Below, in pieces: positions 9,796-18,760 of a stretch of DNA of 48,174 nt. How positions within the stretch are numbered: the stretch's first letter is position 1; each line of letters starts with the position of its first letter. The notes under the pieces are model-generated. The model was not told the DNA's origin. It made no database searches and saw only the letters and a program-made list of their open reading frames with translations. The DNA comes from a virus (taxonomy: Duplodnaviria > Heunggongvirae > Uroviricota > Caudoviricetes): the IMG/VR virus record IMGVR_UViG_2711768016_000013; one strand, 5' to 3'. A program made the translations under genes and the position numbers.

Positions 9796-10542
9796 ATGAA
9801 AAATATTGCGACAGGCGACGTTCTTGAACGTATCCGCAGACTGGCCCCGTCACATGTAACCGCGCCATTCAAGACGGTAGCGGAGTGGCGCGAGTGGCAA
9901 CTTTCCGAAGGCCAGAAACGTTGTGAGGAGATCAACCGTCAGAATCGTCAGTTGCGGGTGGAAAAAATTCTGAATCGCTCTGGCATCCAGCCATTGCACC
10001 GCAAATGCTCGTTTTCGAATTACCAGGTGCAGAACGAAGCGCAGCGATACGCGTTGAGTCAGGCGAAATCCATCGCTGATGAACTGATGACCGGGTGTAC
10101 AAATTTTGCGTTCAGCGGAAAACCTGGTACCGGGAAGAACCACTTAGCGGCAGCTATCGGGAATCGCCTGCTGAAAGACGGTCAGACAGTGATTGTGGTT
10201 ACCGTGGCTGATGTTATGAGTGCCCTGCACGCCAGCTATGACGATGGGCAGTCAGGCGAAAAATTTTTGCGGGAACTATGCGAAGTGGATCTGCTGGTTC
10301 TTGATGAAATTGGCATTCAGCGCGAGACGAAAAACGAGCAGGTGGTGCTGCACCAGATTGTTGATCGCCGGACAGCGTCGATGCGCAGCGTGGGGATGCT
10401 GACAAACCTGAACTATGAGGCCATGAAAACATTGCTCGGCGAGCGGATTATGGATCGCATGACCATGAACGGCGGGCGATGGGTGAATTTTAACTGGGAG
10501 AGCTGGCGTCCGAATGTCGTCCAGCCAGGAATTGAGAAGTAA
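9796..10542 (+). CDS. ydaV: DnaC-like helicase loader ATPase (YdaV-like)
   Basis: Walker [14 protein letters not shown] and Walker B LLVLDEIG motifs. Confidence 0.85.
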   Translation: MKNIATGDVLERIRRLAPSHVTAPFKTVAEWREWQLSEGQKRCEEINRQNRQLRVEKILNRSGIQPLHRKCSFSNYQVQNEAQRYALSQAKSIADELMTGCTNFAFSGKPGTGKNHLAAAIGNRLLKDGQTVIVVTVADVMSALHASYDDGQSGEKFLRELCEVDLLVLDEIGIQRETKNEQVVLHQIVDRRTASMRSVGMLTNLNYEAMKTLLGERIMDRMTMNGGRWVNFNWESWRPNVVQPGIEK

Positions 10543-10564
10543 TTTTTACCGGGAGGAAATTTTT

Positions 10565-11326
10565 ATGGAGACTGTTTTTGACGCACTGAAAGCAATGGGA
10601 AAAGCCACATCCATAGAACTTGCTGCGCGACTTGATATCAGTCGTGAAGAAGTGCTGAACGAACTATGGGAACTGAAAAAAGCTGGTTTCGTTGATAAAA
10701 GCGCGTACACCTGGCGTGTGGCTGATAACAACGTTCAGCAGGAACAGCCAATGCAGGCAGAACTGCCGGAAGAAACCACCACGGCAACTGTAGTGAAAAT
10801 CTCAGAGTGCGATTTAACCGCGACGATTGAACAACGCGGACCACAAACGGCGGATGAACTGGCTACGCTGTTCGGTACAACATCCCGCAAAGTTGCTTCA
10901 ACGCTGGCAATGGCAATCAGCAAAGGACGCCTGATTCGCGTAAACCAGAACAGTAAATTTCGTTACTGCATGCCGGGCGATAATTTACCAGCAGAGCCGA
11001 AAGCTGCATCGGTAGCGGAAACTGATGGTAAAGCCTTTCCTCAGCCAGCCGGTGTTGCGTTACCAGTACAGGAAGCGGCAACACAGGAAGATATTAAAAC
11101 AGAAACTGTGGCGGACATTGTGCAGTCGCTGCCATCGTTTACTGAAACGCAAGCGGATGACCTAGTTTTACCATCGCTGCATATGGCAAACCGCGAACTG
11201 CGTCGGGCGAAAAATCATGTCCAGAAGTGGGAGCGAGTCTGCGCCGCGCTGCGGGAGCTGAACAAGCACCGGGATATTGTCCGACAGATTGTCGATTCCT
11301 CCAGTCGTATTGTGTCGGAAAAGTGA
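10565..11326 (+). CDS. ydaW: Hypothetical phage protein (YdaW-like, full length)
   Basis: ATG at 10565 preceded by GGGAGG; [24 protein letters not shown]... Confidence 0.65.
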   Translation: METVFDALKAMGKATSIELAARLDISREEVLNELWELKKAGFVDKSAYTWRVADNNVQQEQPMQAELPEETTTATVVKISECDLTATIEQRGPQTADELATLFGTTSRKVASTLAMAISKGRLIRVNQNSKFRYCMPGDNLPAEPKAASVAETDGKAFPQPAGVALPVQEAATQEDIKTETVADIVQSLPSFTETQADDLVLPSLHMANRELRRAKNHVQKWERVCAALRELNKHRDIVRQIVDSSSRIVSEK

Positions 11327-11341
11327 TTGCCGGAGGCGCTT

Positions 11342-11758
11342 ATGGCAAAAGTTTTTACACAGGAAGAGCGTGAAAAAATTAAGGAGCAGGTTGTTGAGTT
11401 GGTACGCCAGAGTGGGCGCGAGACGTTAAGGCAACTGGAGGCCAAGACAGGTGCGACAAGATATCTGATGAGCATTCTTGCCAGAGAGTTGGTTGCCAGT
11501 GGCGATGTATACAACTCTGGCTATGGGTTATTCCCGTCTGAACAGGCTCGTAAGGATTGGAAAAACGCCCGCAAAAAACTATCCAGGGCAAAGGTGAAAA
11601 AAACGGTTGTGGTTGATCCTGACCTTATCTGGTCATTACCAGACGGAGAAATACGCCGCTATGACAGGCGTCAGAACATAATCTGTCGCGAGTGCCGGAA
11701 GAGTGAAGTTATGAAACGTGTACTGGCATTTTATCAAGGAAATCTTCGGTATTTATAG
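11342..11758 (+). CDS. Hypothetical phage protein
   Basis: ATG at 11342 with GGAGG 5 nt upstream; basic C-terminal half. Confidence 0.55.
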   Translation: MAKVFTQEEREKIKEQVVELVRQSGRETLRQLEAKTGATRYLMSILARELVASGDVYNSGYGLFPSEQARKDWKNARKKLSRAKVKKTVVVDPDLIWSLPDGEIRRYDRRQNIICRECRKSEVMKRVLAFYQGNLRYL

Positions 11759-11914
11759 ACGTTACTAGATCAAAGAGCATTAGTTCATATGTAAATTGAC
11801 ATTTTTCTGGCACAGGGGAGAGCTAGCGTGGTTGTCCGCTTTGTGCCAATAGCGGACATTGCTGGCTCATGGTATGTTAGTTTAAGGAGGCAGGTTATGC
11901 CCTGTATTTCGCTG

Positions 11915-11923
11915 TGGTATAAT
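11915..11923 (+). promoter_or_regulatory. Extended -10 promoter element (TGgTATAAT) upstream of the accessory operon
   Basis: TG at 11915-11916 and TATAAT at 11918-11923, about 34 nt upstream of the GTG at 11957. Confidence 0.4.
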
Positions 11924-11956
11924 AGTTGCGCAATTGATACAAGGGAGCGTTACATC

Positions 11957-12919
11957 GTGAAAATTGTTTTCGAGGTTAATGGAAAGAAAGTTCCACTAAA
12001 ATCTTTAAAATACATAAGCAAAAAAGATCAACTCGAAGTAATGAAAAACTGGTTCTTTGAAAACTTTGAAGATCCGGCAAATGCTTGTCCGTATGAAAGT
12101 AGAGAAGGTGGCTATGCTTACATATATGGCGGGCCGTATGATGCGAGCGAAGAACTACAATCCATCTTCGGTCAATATGTTAAATCTGAGTATATTGAGG
12201 AATTAGTAGATGAATTACAAACACAATGTTTTGACTGGTCTGGAAACTCAAATAATATAGATGATTGGTACGATGATGATATCTACGACGCTGTAACGTC
12301 TTCCGGTAATCCGTATTTAAAATTCATTGATAATATCGATAAAATAAAAAAACTTGCAAAAGATAAAACTGAACAACAGCAAAAAAACCACTTGCTTAGT
12401 TTGCTCTACACGAATGTTATTACAGCTTTGGAAACGCTTTATGTTGAGCTATTCATTAATTCTATAGAGAAAGATGATGTCTACATAGCCAATTGTATAG
12501 AAAAAGGTAAGACTGAATTTAAAGTAAGCAAAGATATTGCTGCGTTGCCTTTCAAGGGTGAACCCATCGAGAAAATTAGGGGAGAGCTAATCAGGTCAAT
12601 CAAGGAACACTTGATCAGTGCAAGCTGGCATAGCACTAAAAAGGTAATCGACCGCTATGAAGCTACATTCGATATAAAAGTACAAAAAGACTGTCCGATA
12701 GAAGCTATTGAATTGGCAACCCTCAATCGAAATCACTTAGTGCATCGTGGTGGAAAGGATAAAGAAGGGAACCTCGTAGTGATTACAGACCAGGATCTTG
12801 AAACGCTGATTGAAAATGCATCGAACCTGGCAATTATGCTCTACAACAGTTTAAATGTAGCAACGAATAAAACCACCATTTTGCAACCAGATGACAAACC
12901 GTTCATTCATGAATTTTAA
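11957..12919 (+). CDS. Uncharacterized protein with C-terminal Rx4H (HEPN-like) motif; first gene of AT-rich accessory operon
   Basis: Start uncertain (GTG 11957 with AGGGAG 9 nt upstream; longest ORF starts 11828); LNRNHLVHRGG at codons 299-309 follows predicted helices; low GC. Confidence 0.6.
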   Translation: MKIVFEVNGKKVPLKSLKYISKKDQLEVMKNWFFENFEDPANACPYESREGGYAYIYGGPYDASEELQSIFGQYVKSEYIEELVDELQTQCFDWSGNSNNIDDWYDDDIYDAVTSSGNPYLKFIDNIDKIKKLAKDKTEQQQKNHLLSLLYTNVITALETLYVELFINSIEKDDVYIANCIEKGKTEFKVSKDIAALPFKGEPIEKIRGELIRSIKEHLISASWHSTKKVIDRYEATFDIKVQKDCPIEAIELATLNRNHLVHRGGKDKEGNLVVITDQDLETLIENASNLAIMLYNSLNVATNKTTILQPDDKPFIHEF

Positions 12920-12934
12920 TAGCGCAGGTCATAC

Positions 12935-13936
12935 ATGGATATTCGCACACGAAAGACAAAATTTTTAGAGTCGTTAGATTCAACTGAAGTGATACGCAAA
13001 GCAGTAAGTCTCGCTATAGATTGCATTATTGATAATCATAATAGTAATGAAGATACCCCCTTAGTTATTACCAGCTATGATGATCTCTGTAGAATCCAGG
13101 TGCTAAATTATGTACAGGAGTTTTGCGAAGCTGCATTCCCTGATATGGATGAATATTACTTTAGTCCTAACATACTTCGCATCAACGGCAAGACTAGTGA
13201 AGAAGCTTGTATTAACTTAATTAAACTCTTAAGAAGTACAAAAGGCATGCTATTCTGGTCCGATGCCCCATCGTGGTTCGCTAGCCTCCCCGACGGATTA
13301 TTCCATGTTGTTAACATTGATCAAAAAATCGTTACTCGCGGCCTTAATAAGAAAAACTCTAAGCCGACAATAATCAATAAAGATTACAGTGTAGATACAC
13401 TACTATCAGAGCTATTTTTGAATGGCGCACACATGGAGCAACCCAACGTACACAACGTTTCTGAGGGAAACATGAAGTTCTATGATGAATGCCATGCTGG
13501 ATTAATCAGACCAATACCCGCTCCAATAGGCGCGTCATACGATGAAGAGATCACAATTAATTCTCCAGATTGGCAAAAGCTCGCGTGTGTAGCTTTACGC
13601 CGCTATCAGTCGAAGGAATGTCATGACGGAATGCAATGGGATACAACCGATCATGGTTGGACTGATGTAATCGCGTATCCATTCGTCGAAGAAATACAAT
13701 CAATGGATAATAGTGGTTATCGACAATGTTTAGTTGGGCTGGTCACAATAAACAATTCAAATGCAAATTCTCCGTACCTATCTACCGTTTGGATACATCC
13801 ATTTTATCGCAGGAGAGGGTTATTAAGTAAGTTATGGCCAAAATTACAAGAGTTATATGGAAGTAACTTCGAAATTGAGCGACCTAATGAAAATATGAAA
13901 GCATTTCTGAAAAGTGCGAAACACGCAGATTACTAA
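12935..13936 (+). CDS. Uncharacterized 333-aa protein with C-terminal GNAT-like motif; second gene of accessory operon
   Basis: ATG 15 nt after upstream stop; VWIHPFYRRRGLLSKLW resembles GNAT acetyl-CoA-binding motif A. Confidence 0.65.
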   Translation: MDIRTRKTKFLESLDSTEVIRKAVSLAIDCIIDNHNSNEDTPLVITSYDDLCRIQVLNYVQEFCEAAFPDMDEYYFSPNILRINGKTSEEACINLIKLLRSTKGMLFWSDAPSWFASLPDGLFHVVNIDQKIVTRGLNKKNSKPTIINKDYSVDTLLSELFLNGAHMEQPNVHNVSEGNMKFYDECHAGLIRPIPAPIGASYDEEITINSPDWQKLACVALRRYQSKECHDGMQWDTTDHGWTDVIAYPFVEEIQSMDNSGYRQCLVGLVTINNSNANSPYLSTVWIHPFYRRRGLLSKLWPKLQELYGSNFEIERPNENMKAFLKSAKHADY

Positions 13937-14113
13937 TTTATGAATCAGTCTGTGGAGTTAGGGTTGGTGTGAACAAGTAGGGTAAGAGCCTCAACGTGAT
14001 GCTATGCCGACCTGCTCCCTGAGAATTCACACAGAAGGCTGCTAGCAATGTCTGCAGATCGCTCAAAGCGGACTAAAATGTTGGCTTGTTTCTGACTTAG
14101 AGCATTTAAGGAA

Positions 14114-14338
14114 GTGCTGGTGGTGACTGGTTGTTGTGTTCCATTTCTACAGAATAAAATCACAGAAACTATACCCAATAGTTGTATTGAATCACTGACG
14201 AGACAGCCTCATATTTATCAGGACTGGTGTGCGTCTAATACAGGGGGTTGTCGTGCTGGTTCTCAAATGTGCGCTGGCTATTGCGGCTGTAATGGCAATT
14301 TATTGTCTTGCTGTTGTTCTTATGGAGCGGCTTTCTGA
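14114..14338 (+). CDS. Possible small Cys-rich peptide (9 Cys in the last 35 residues); weak call
   Basis: GTG-initiated ORF; C-terminus CRAGSQMCAGYCGCNGNLLSCCCSYGAAF; no convincing RBS. Confidence 0.2.
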   Translation: MLVVTGCCVPFLQNKITETIPNSCIESLTRQPHIYQDWCASNTGGCRAGSQMCAGYCGCNGNLLSCCCSYGAAF

Positions 14339-14496
14339 TTGATTACATACTGGCTAGAAAAAAGGTGTTACCTTGGTTTATCTTTGTCCGGCAAGGTGCG
14401 CTCATTAATCTTAAGTAAATTTATTGCTCAAGTATTCAGATTACTTCTTATGGTTGAAGTCTCCTGTCAATGTAGAACCAATATATTTACAAAAAT

Positions 14497-14535
14497 GAGA
14501 CCCGTCGGGGATAGCCCTGCCGGGTCTGACTGTTA
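14497..14535 (-). terminator. Hairpin plus T-run downstream of the minus-strand gene 14557..14895
   Basis: AGACCCG...CGGGTCT stem followed by CATTTTTG on the minus strand. Confidence 0.4.
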
Positions 14536-14556
14536 AAGCATTTTTAATATGATCAT

Positions 14557-14895
14557 CTATTTTTTGGTGCTATAGACTTTTTCGCCCGAAAAGTCTGGAG
14601 CGACCCAAAAGTTAATATTAAACTGAGCATCATCGCTTAGTTCAACACGGTGCCAGTATTGTGGTGGGCTTGTTGCAAAAGCGCCAGCATTAATGACTAC
14701 TTTTATCTCCGGTTCAGTAGCATTCTCATCAGTAAAACCATAATATGTTACAGTGCCTTCCATTACGCACAACTGCCCAAAAACACCTGCTGCTGTATTA
14801 TGATGTGTTAATAACGCTGAAGGTACGTTCTCTTTTGTGAAGAACGGAGTTGAGCGTTTGATTACCCAATCTTTAGGAATTCTCTTGTGTGTCAT
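14557..14895 (-). CDS. Hypothetical protein, possibly cupin-like (DUF1971-like); accessory gene on opposite strand
   Basis: ATG at 14895 with GGAGGAGG 7 nt upstream; MTHKRIPKDWVIKRSTPFFTKENVPSALL...; fold assignment tentative. Confidence 0.55.
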   Translation of the reverse strand: MTHKRIPKDWVIKRSTPFFTKENVPSALLTHHNTAAGVFGQLCVMEGTVTYYGFTDENATEPEIKVVINAGAFATSPPQYWHRVELSDDAQFNINFWVAPDFSGEKVYSTKK

Positions 14896-15708
14896 AACCA
14901 CCTCCTCCAAAACATGCATTAAAAATGCATCTTTTGGAGGGTTATGTCAAGCTGTTATGAAACACATAATTGATATGTTGATTAGAGGAGAAGATAGAAT
15001 AAATATGGTTGTTTTTCGTATAACTATTTGTTTTACTTTTAGTTTATGCATTCTGTGTGTTAGGAATAAGTTATTAAAGTTTAATCAAAAAATCTCGATG
15101 TAGTCCACATAGATTACTGTTACTGAACCTTATTGTGTGTATTAGTTGTGTTCTGAAATTTCAGCTTAATTATTTATGATGTATTTTTTAACGATAAATA
15201 TTTTCCCAGGATACCTTTACTGTGTATATAAATAAATTATATACGCATAAATAATGTAAAGGCGTCCTTTTAGATATATCTTATCAAATGTTAATGACTT
15301 GAGTGGGAAATATGATTCCAGCAACTTATCATGTGGCTACTTTATAAAAATAATGCCCATATAAAACAACAAGCGAAAAGGATTACGGATAAAAAAGGAG
15401 CGAGATGTGCGAACTTGTTATTTTCCATGTTTAACCACCTTAAATAATTGATGATGACGGGATGATTGCATCTGTAATGCTTTTATTGAAATGTTATGAT
15501 AAAAAAGAACTTTTGCATAACATTAAAATGTAATTTATCTAATCGTTTTTAATAATAAGTGTCGTATTTCTATCCTTGTACCAGCTATTTGATATGTAGT
15601 GTTTGTTCATGCTATGTGGGGCTTTACACCATAGCCAGTTTATTTATACTTTATTCGTCAGCCTGAACAACTGGCATCTGCTGCGCTGCGCCATCGAGAG
15701 ATTGAGAA

Positions 15709-16308
15709 ATGGCGCATATACAACTGGTCAAACAAACCTCTTCTGGTTTACTTCTCCCGGCGACGCCGGAGAGTTGCGATTTTCTGCATCAAATCAAAAT
15801 AGGTGAGTGGATACACGCAGACTTTAAGCGTGTGCGTAACTACGCATTCCACAAGCGTTTTTTCAAACTCCTGCAACTGGGATTCGATTACTGGACTCCG
15901 GTCGGTGGGGCGATCACGCCTCGCGAACGAGAACTGCTGTCTGGTTTCGTTGATTACCTGTGCGAATCAGTTGGTCGGGAACACACGCCAGCCCTGAGTG
16001 ATGCCGCAGAGCAATACCTTAACACCGTTGCGACTCGTAGAACCCGGGATACGGCGTTGCTAAAGTCGTTTGAGGCTTTCCGCGAGTGGGTAACCATTCA
16101 GGCCGGATTTTACACCGAGCATATTTATCCGGACGGTAGCCGTGGGCGTCGGGCAAAATCCATCGCTTTTGCGAATATGGACGAAGTCGAGTTTCAGCAG
16201 GTTTATAAATCTGTACTGAATGTGCTGTGGAACTGGATTCTGTTCCGTAAATTCTCCTCTCAGGAGGAAGTTGAAAATGTGGCCGCACAACTACTGGAGT
16301 TTGCGTAA
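15709..16308 (+). CDS. Lambdoid nin-region protein (DUF1367-like, tentative)
   Basis: 199-aa ORF in the position of nin genes upstream of Q. Confidence 0.65.
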   Translation: MAHIQLVKQTSSGLLLPATPESCDFLHQIKIGEWIHADFKRVRNYAFHKRFFKLLQLGFDYWTPVGGAITPRERELLSGFVDYLCESVGREHTPALSDAAEQYLNTVATRRTRDTALLKSFEAFREWVTIQAGFYTEHIYPDGSRGRRAKSIAFANMDEVEFQQVYKSVLNVLWNWILFRKFSSQEEVENVAAQLLEFA

Positions 16309-16598
16309 TGGTGAATTTACGTAAAGCGGCTAAAGGCCAGATGTGCCAGATCAGAATCCCTGGCTACTGCAATCACAATCCCGAAACCTCTGTGCTGGCG
16401 CATTACAGGCTGGCGGGGACGTGCGGAACAGCGACAAAACCACATGATATGCAGGCGGCGATAGCCTGTAGCTCATGCCACGATCTAATCGACGGGCGGG
16501 TAAAAACCAGCGATTACACCAAAGAAGAATTGCGCCTGATGCATGCTGAAGGGGTTTTTCGCACACAAGAAATCTGGAGAAAGAAAGGTCATTTATGA
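16308..16598 (+). CDS. Small Cys-rich nin-region protein (YbcO-like, putative nuclease)
   Basis: 96 aa with CQIRIPGYCNHNPE...CSSCHDL Cys cluster; start overlaps upstream stop. Confidence 0.65.
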   Translation: MVNLRKAAKGQMCQIRIPGYCNHNPETSVLAHYRLAGTCGTATKPHDMQAAIACSSCHDLIDGRVKTSDYTKEELRLMHAEGVFRTQEIWRKKGHL

Positions 16599-17137
16599 TT
16601 TACCCAACGAATACAGGAAAAAGCGGAGAACACCTTCGCCTCACCACGCTGGAAAGTGTCTGGATTCAGGGAAAACTACGTATGTGGGGGCGCTGGTCGT
16701 ATATTGGCGGTGGCAGGTCAGGGAATATGTTCAATCAGTTGTTGGCATCCAAAAAACTGACGAAAACAGCCATTAATGAAGCCCTGCGCAGAATGAAAAA
16801 AGCGGGAATAGAGAAAGCTGAGCTGGAAGCGTTTTTGCGAGAGATGATCAACGGCAAGCAAAAGAGCTGGCTGGCGCATTGTACTGATGCAGAGGCGTTA
16901 TGTATTGATCGAGTCATAAGTGAGGTGCTGGCAGAGCATCCAGGATTGATTTGCATTCTCCGGCAACGCTATGAAGGGCGGGGGATGACTAAGCGCAAAA
17001 TGGCTGAATTGCTAAATGATGCACACCCAGAGTGGTGTTTTAGCACATGCGAAAAACGGATTGCTAATTGGTTAGCTGTTGCTGAGTATGCCCTATATAT
17101 TCCCATGCGTGAATCATTTGCTGAGAAAATGGCTTGA
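16595..17137 (+). CDS. Putative late-gene antiterminator Q-like protein
   Basis: Position just upstream of terminator hairpins and the lysis cassette; N-terminal W-x-G-R-W pattern reminiscent of Q proteins; assignment from memory. Confidence 0.5.
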   Translation: MIYPTNTGKSGEHLRLTTLESVWIQGKLRMWGRWSYIGGGRSGNMFNQLLASKKLTKTAINEALRRMKKAGIEKAELEAFLREMINGKQKSWLAHCTDAEALCIDRVISEVLAEHPGLICILRQRYEGRGMTKRKMAELLNDAHPEWCFSTCEKRIANWLAVAEYALYIPMRESFAEKMA

Positions 17138-17220
17138 TTTCTTACGTATAAACTGCTTCAATTTTGCTATGCTTCGCAAAGCTGTATCGCGAGGCGGATT
17201 GCAGACATGGACATCGTAAA

Positions 17221-17244
17221 AAAACCGCTTAATGCGGTTTTTTT
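17221..17244. terminator. Rho-independent terminator hairpin with A-run/T-run flanks (possibly bidirectional)
   Basis: AAAACCGC-TTAAT-GCGGTTTT followed by TTT. Confidence 0.6.
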
Positions 17245-17564
17245 ACGTCAGGAAAGCAGGGGAGAATGCTGCTAGTTGGGCAACTGGTCTTTCTGCTCCA
17301 AATTATAACAGAGACCAGTTATAGTTTCGGTGCTGTGTTTTTTTTACAATATTGTGATAACACATTGCTGGCGGGAGTTTTGATATTTCTTGGCAGGGGC
17401 TGATGATGCGTTATCCTGATGTCGTCAACTCATATAAAATGAGATGAGAGATCATTGCAGGGTGGTTTGTAATTCGCTGTTTAGCGGGACAATATGTTGT
17501 CTGATACAAGACACCCGACGCCTCAGATTACTATAATAAAGACGAAGCATCCTTTGTATTGACC

Positions 17565-17590
17565 AACCGCCTGTTTAGGCGGTTCTTTTT
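17565..17590 (+). terminator. Rho-independent terminator, candidate tR'-like site for Q antitermination
   Basis: AACCGCC-TGTTTA-GGCGGTT followed by CTTTTT; TATAAT at 17533-17538 just upstream. Confidence 0.5.
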
Positions 17591-18181
17591 GGGCTGGTTT
17601 ATTGTATGCCAAATGATTATTAAAAAGGTTGTGTTAATAACAAGATCCGAAATAATATGCCTGCATATTTTTATCTTGCTTATATTCTGCATATTGTGCA
17701 TAGCAGGCTCATCCCTGCAATCAAAACTGTATGATGAGTATTTTTTGTTTTCCTTTTTTCCAGTCATCTGATGATGACCTGCTTCTTTTTAATCCGGATC
17801 GACATCAGTTTTTTAAGATAATTCCTGCGAGTTATATGCATAAATGCCACAAACTCCGCATTTTATGTGGTTGGGAGTTGCCGGGCGCGCAGTGAGTTTG
17901 CTAAGAAAACTCCTGCATGGTGAATCCCCCTGTGCGGTGGGGTGATACCATTAACCTTTTCTGTCGCCGACAGGTATCACGAACATTTTGTTCACCGGGA
18001 GGCACCCGGCACCATGCACTTCAATAGATTCTCTCCACATTATGGATATTCTTTCAGAATATCCCACGCAGACTTTGTGTAAATGTTAACAAATGTGCGT
18101 TTTATTTGATCTGATTCGCTGTTTGAGCGTCCAAAACAACGGTATATATAATCCTTTACTATATGACATATGTGAGGAAAA

Positions 18182-18610
18182 ATGGGTTTTCGTAGCGCAT
18201 CAATTCTTACGTTGATTATTAGTGGGATTATTATCGGGTGCACTGATGCTGTATCGACAAATTATCATGACCGTACATCATATTACTCCGATAAAGCAAT
18301 AGAGACACAGTATGTGAGTTCATCTGAACGTACTTCTGATGTTAGTGAGGATATCCGTCTGTATGCCCATCAAATCAAGAGCGCCATCGAAAAACAGTTC
18401 GGGGATGCGAGTAAGTATTCAGGAAAAGAGTGTACACTGAGAATGCATATGGCCCCGAATGGCCTTCTACTGGAGGTTAAAAGAGAAAGTGGAGACCTCG
18501 ATTTATGTCGTGAAGCGATGAATGCGATAAAGAATGCTGATATACCTGCCCCCCCTTCGCCGGAAGTATATAAAGTATTTCAAAATGGGGTGCTGGATTT
18601 TAAACCCTGA
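18182..18610 (+). CDS. Lipoprotein with TolA C-terminal (domain III)-like domain
   Basis: Signal peptide and Cys; C-terminus ...CTLRMHMAPNGLLLEVK...PEVYKVFQNGVLDFKP closely resembles the TolA C-terminus as remembered; RBS GAGGAAAA. Confidence 0.65.
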   Translation: MGFRSASILTLIISGIIIGCTDAVSTNYHDRTSYYSDKAIETQYVSSSERTSDVSEDIRLYAHQIKSAIEKQFGDASKYSGKECTLRMHMAPNGLLLEVKRESGDLDLCREAMNAIKNADIPAPPSPEVYKVFQNGVLDFKP

Positions 18611-18760
18611 TATTTATTGTTTTGTAATAAACGGTTTCGGCTTAGGTTTGTTCTGACACAGCTACGGCACTGAGCTAAATTTAGCGGATAGTCAGCTCTG
18701 AGCCAGTGGCGGACGTAACAACTACTATTGCTGAGATTTTAATGGATTGAGGAGCAAGAA

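Noticed and set aside
9360-9935. 191-aa minus-strand ORF spanning the ydaU/ydaV junction
   Set aside because: Antisense to two well-supported replication genes; Cys/Ser-rich nonsense-like product.
14837-15806. Small plus-strand ORFs (88 and 67 aa) in the very AT-rich segment of the accessory island
   Set aside because: Alternative start codons, no RBS, overlap with the RBS region of the minus-strand gene or with the downstream nin-like gene; likely non-coding.
17531-17771. Overlapping 78-aa (minus) and 70-aa (plus) ORFs in the Q-to-lysis intergenic region
   Set aside because: Mutually overlapping on opposite strands in AT-rich non-coding DNA containing terminator hairpins; no RBS; likely spurious.
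17140-18180. Search for tRNA genes between the Q-like gene and the lysis cassette, where Stx-type phages carry tRNAs
   Set aside because: No cloverleaf-compatible sequence or conserved T-arm motif (GTTCGAATC-like) found by eye.
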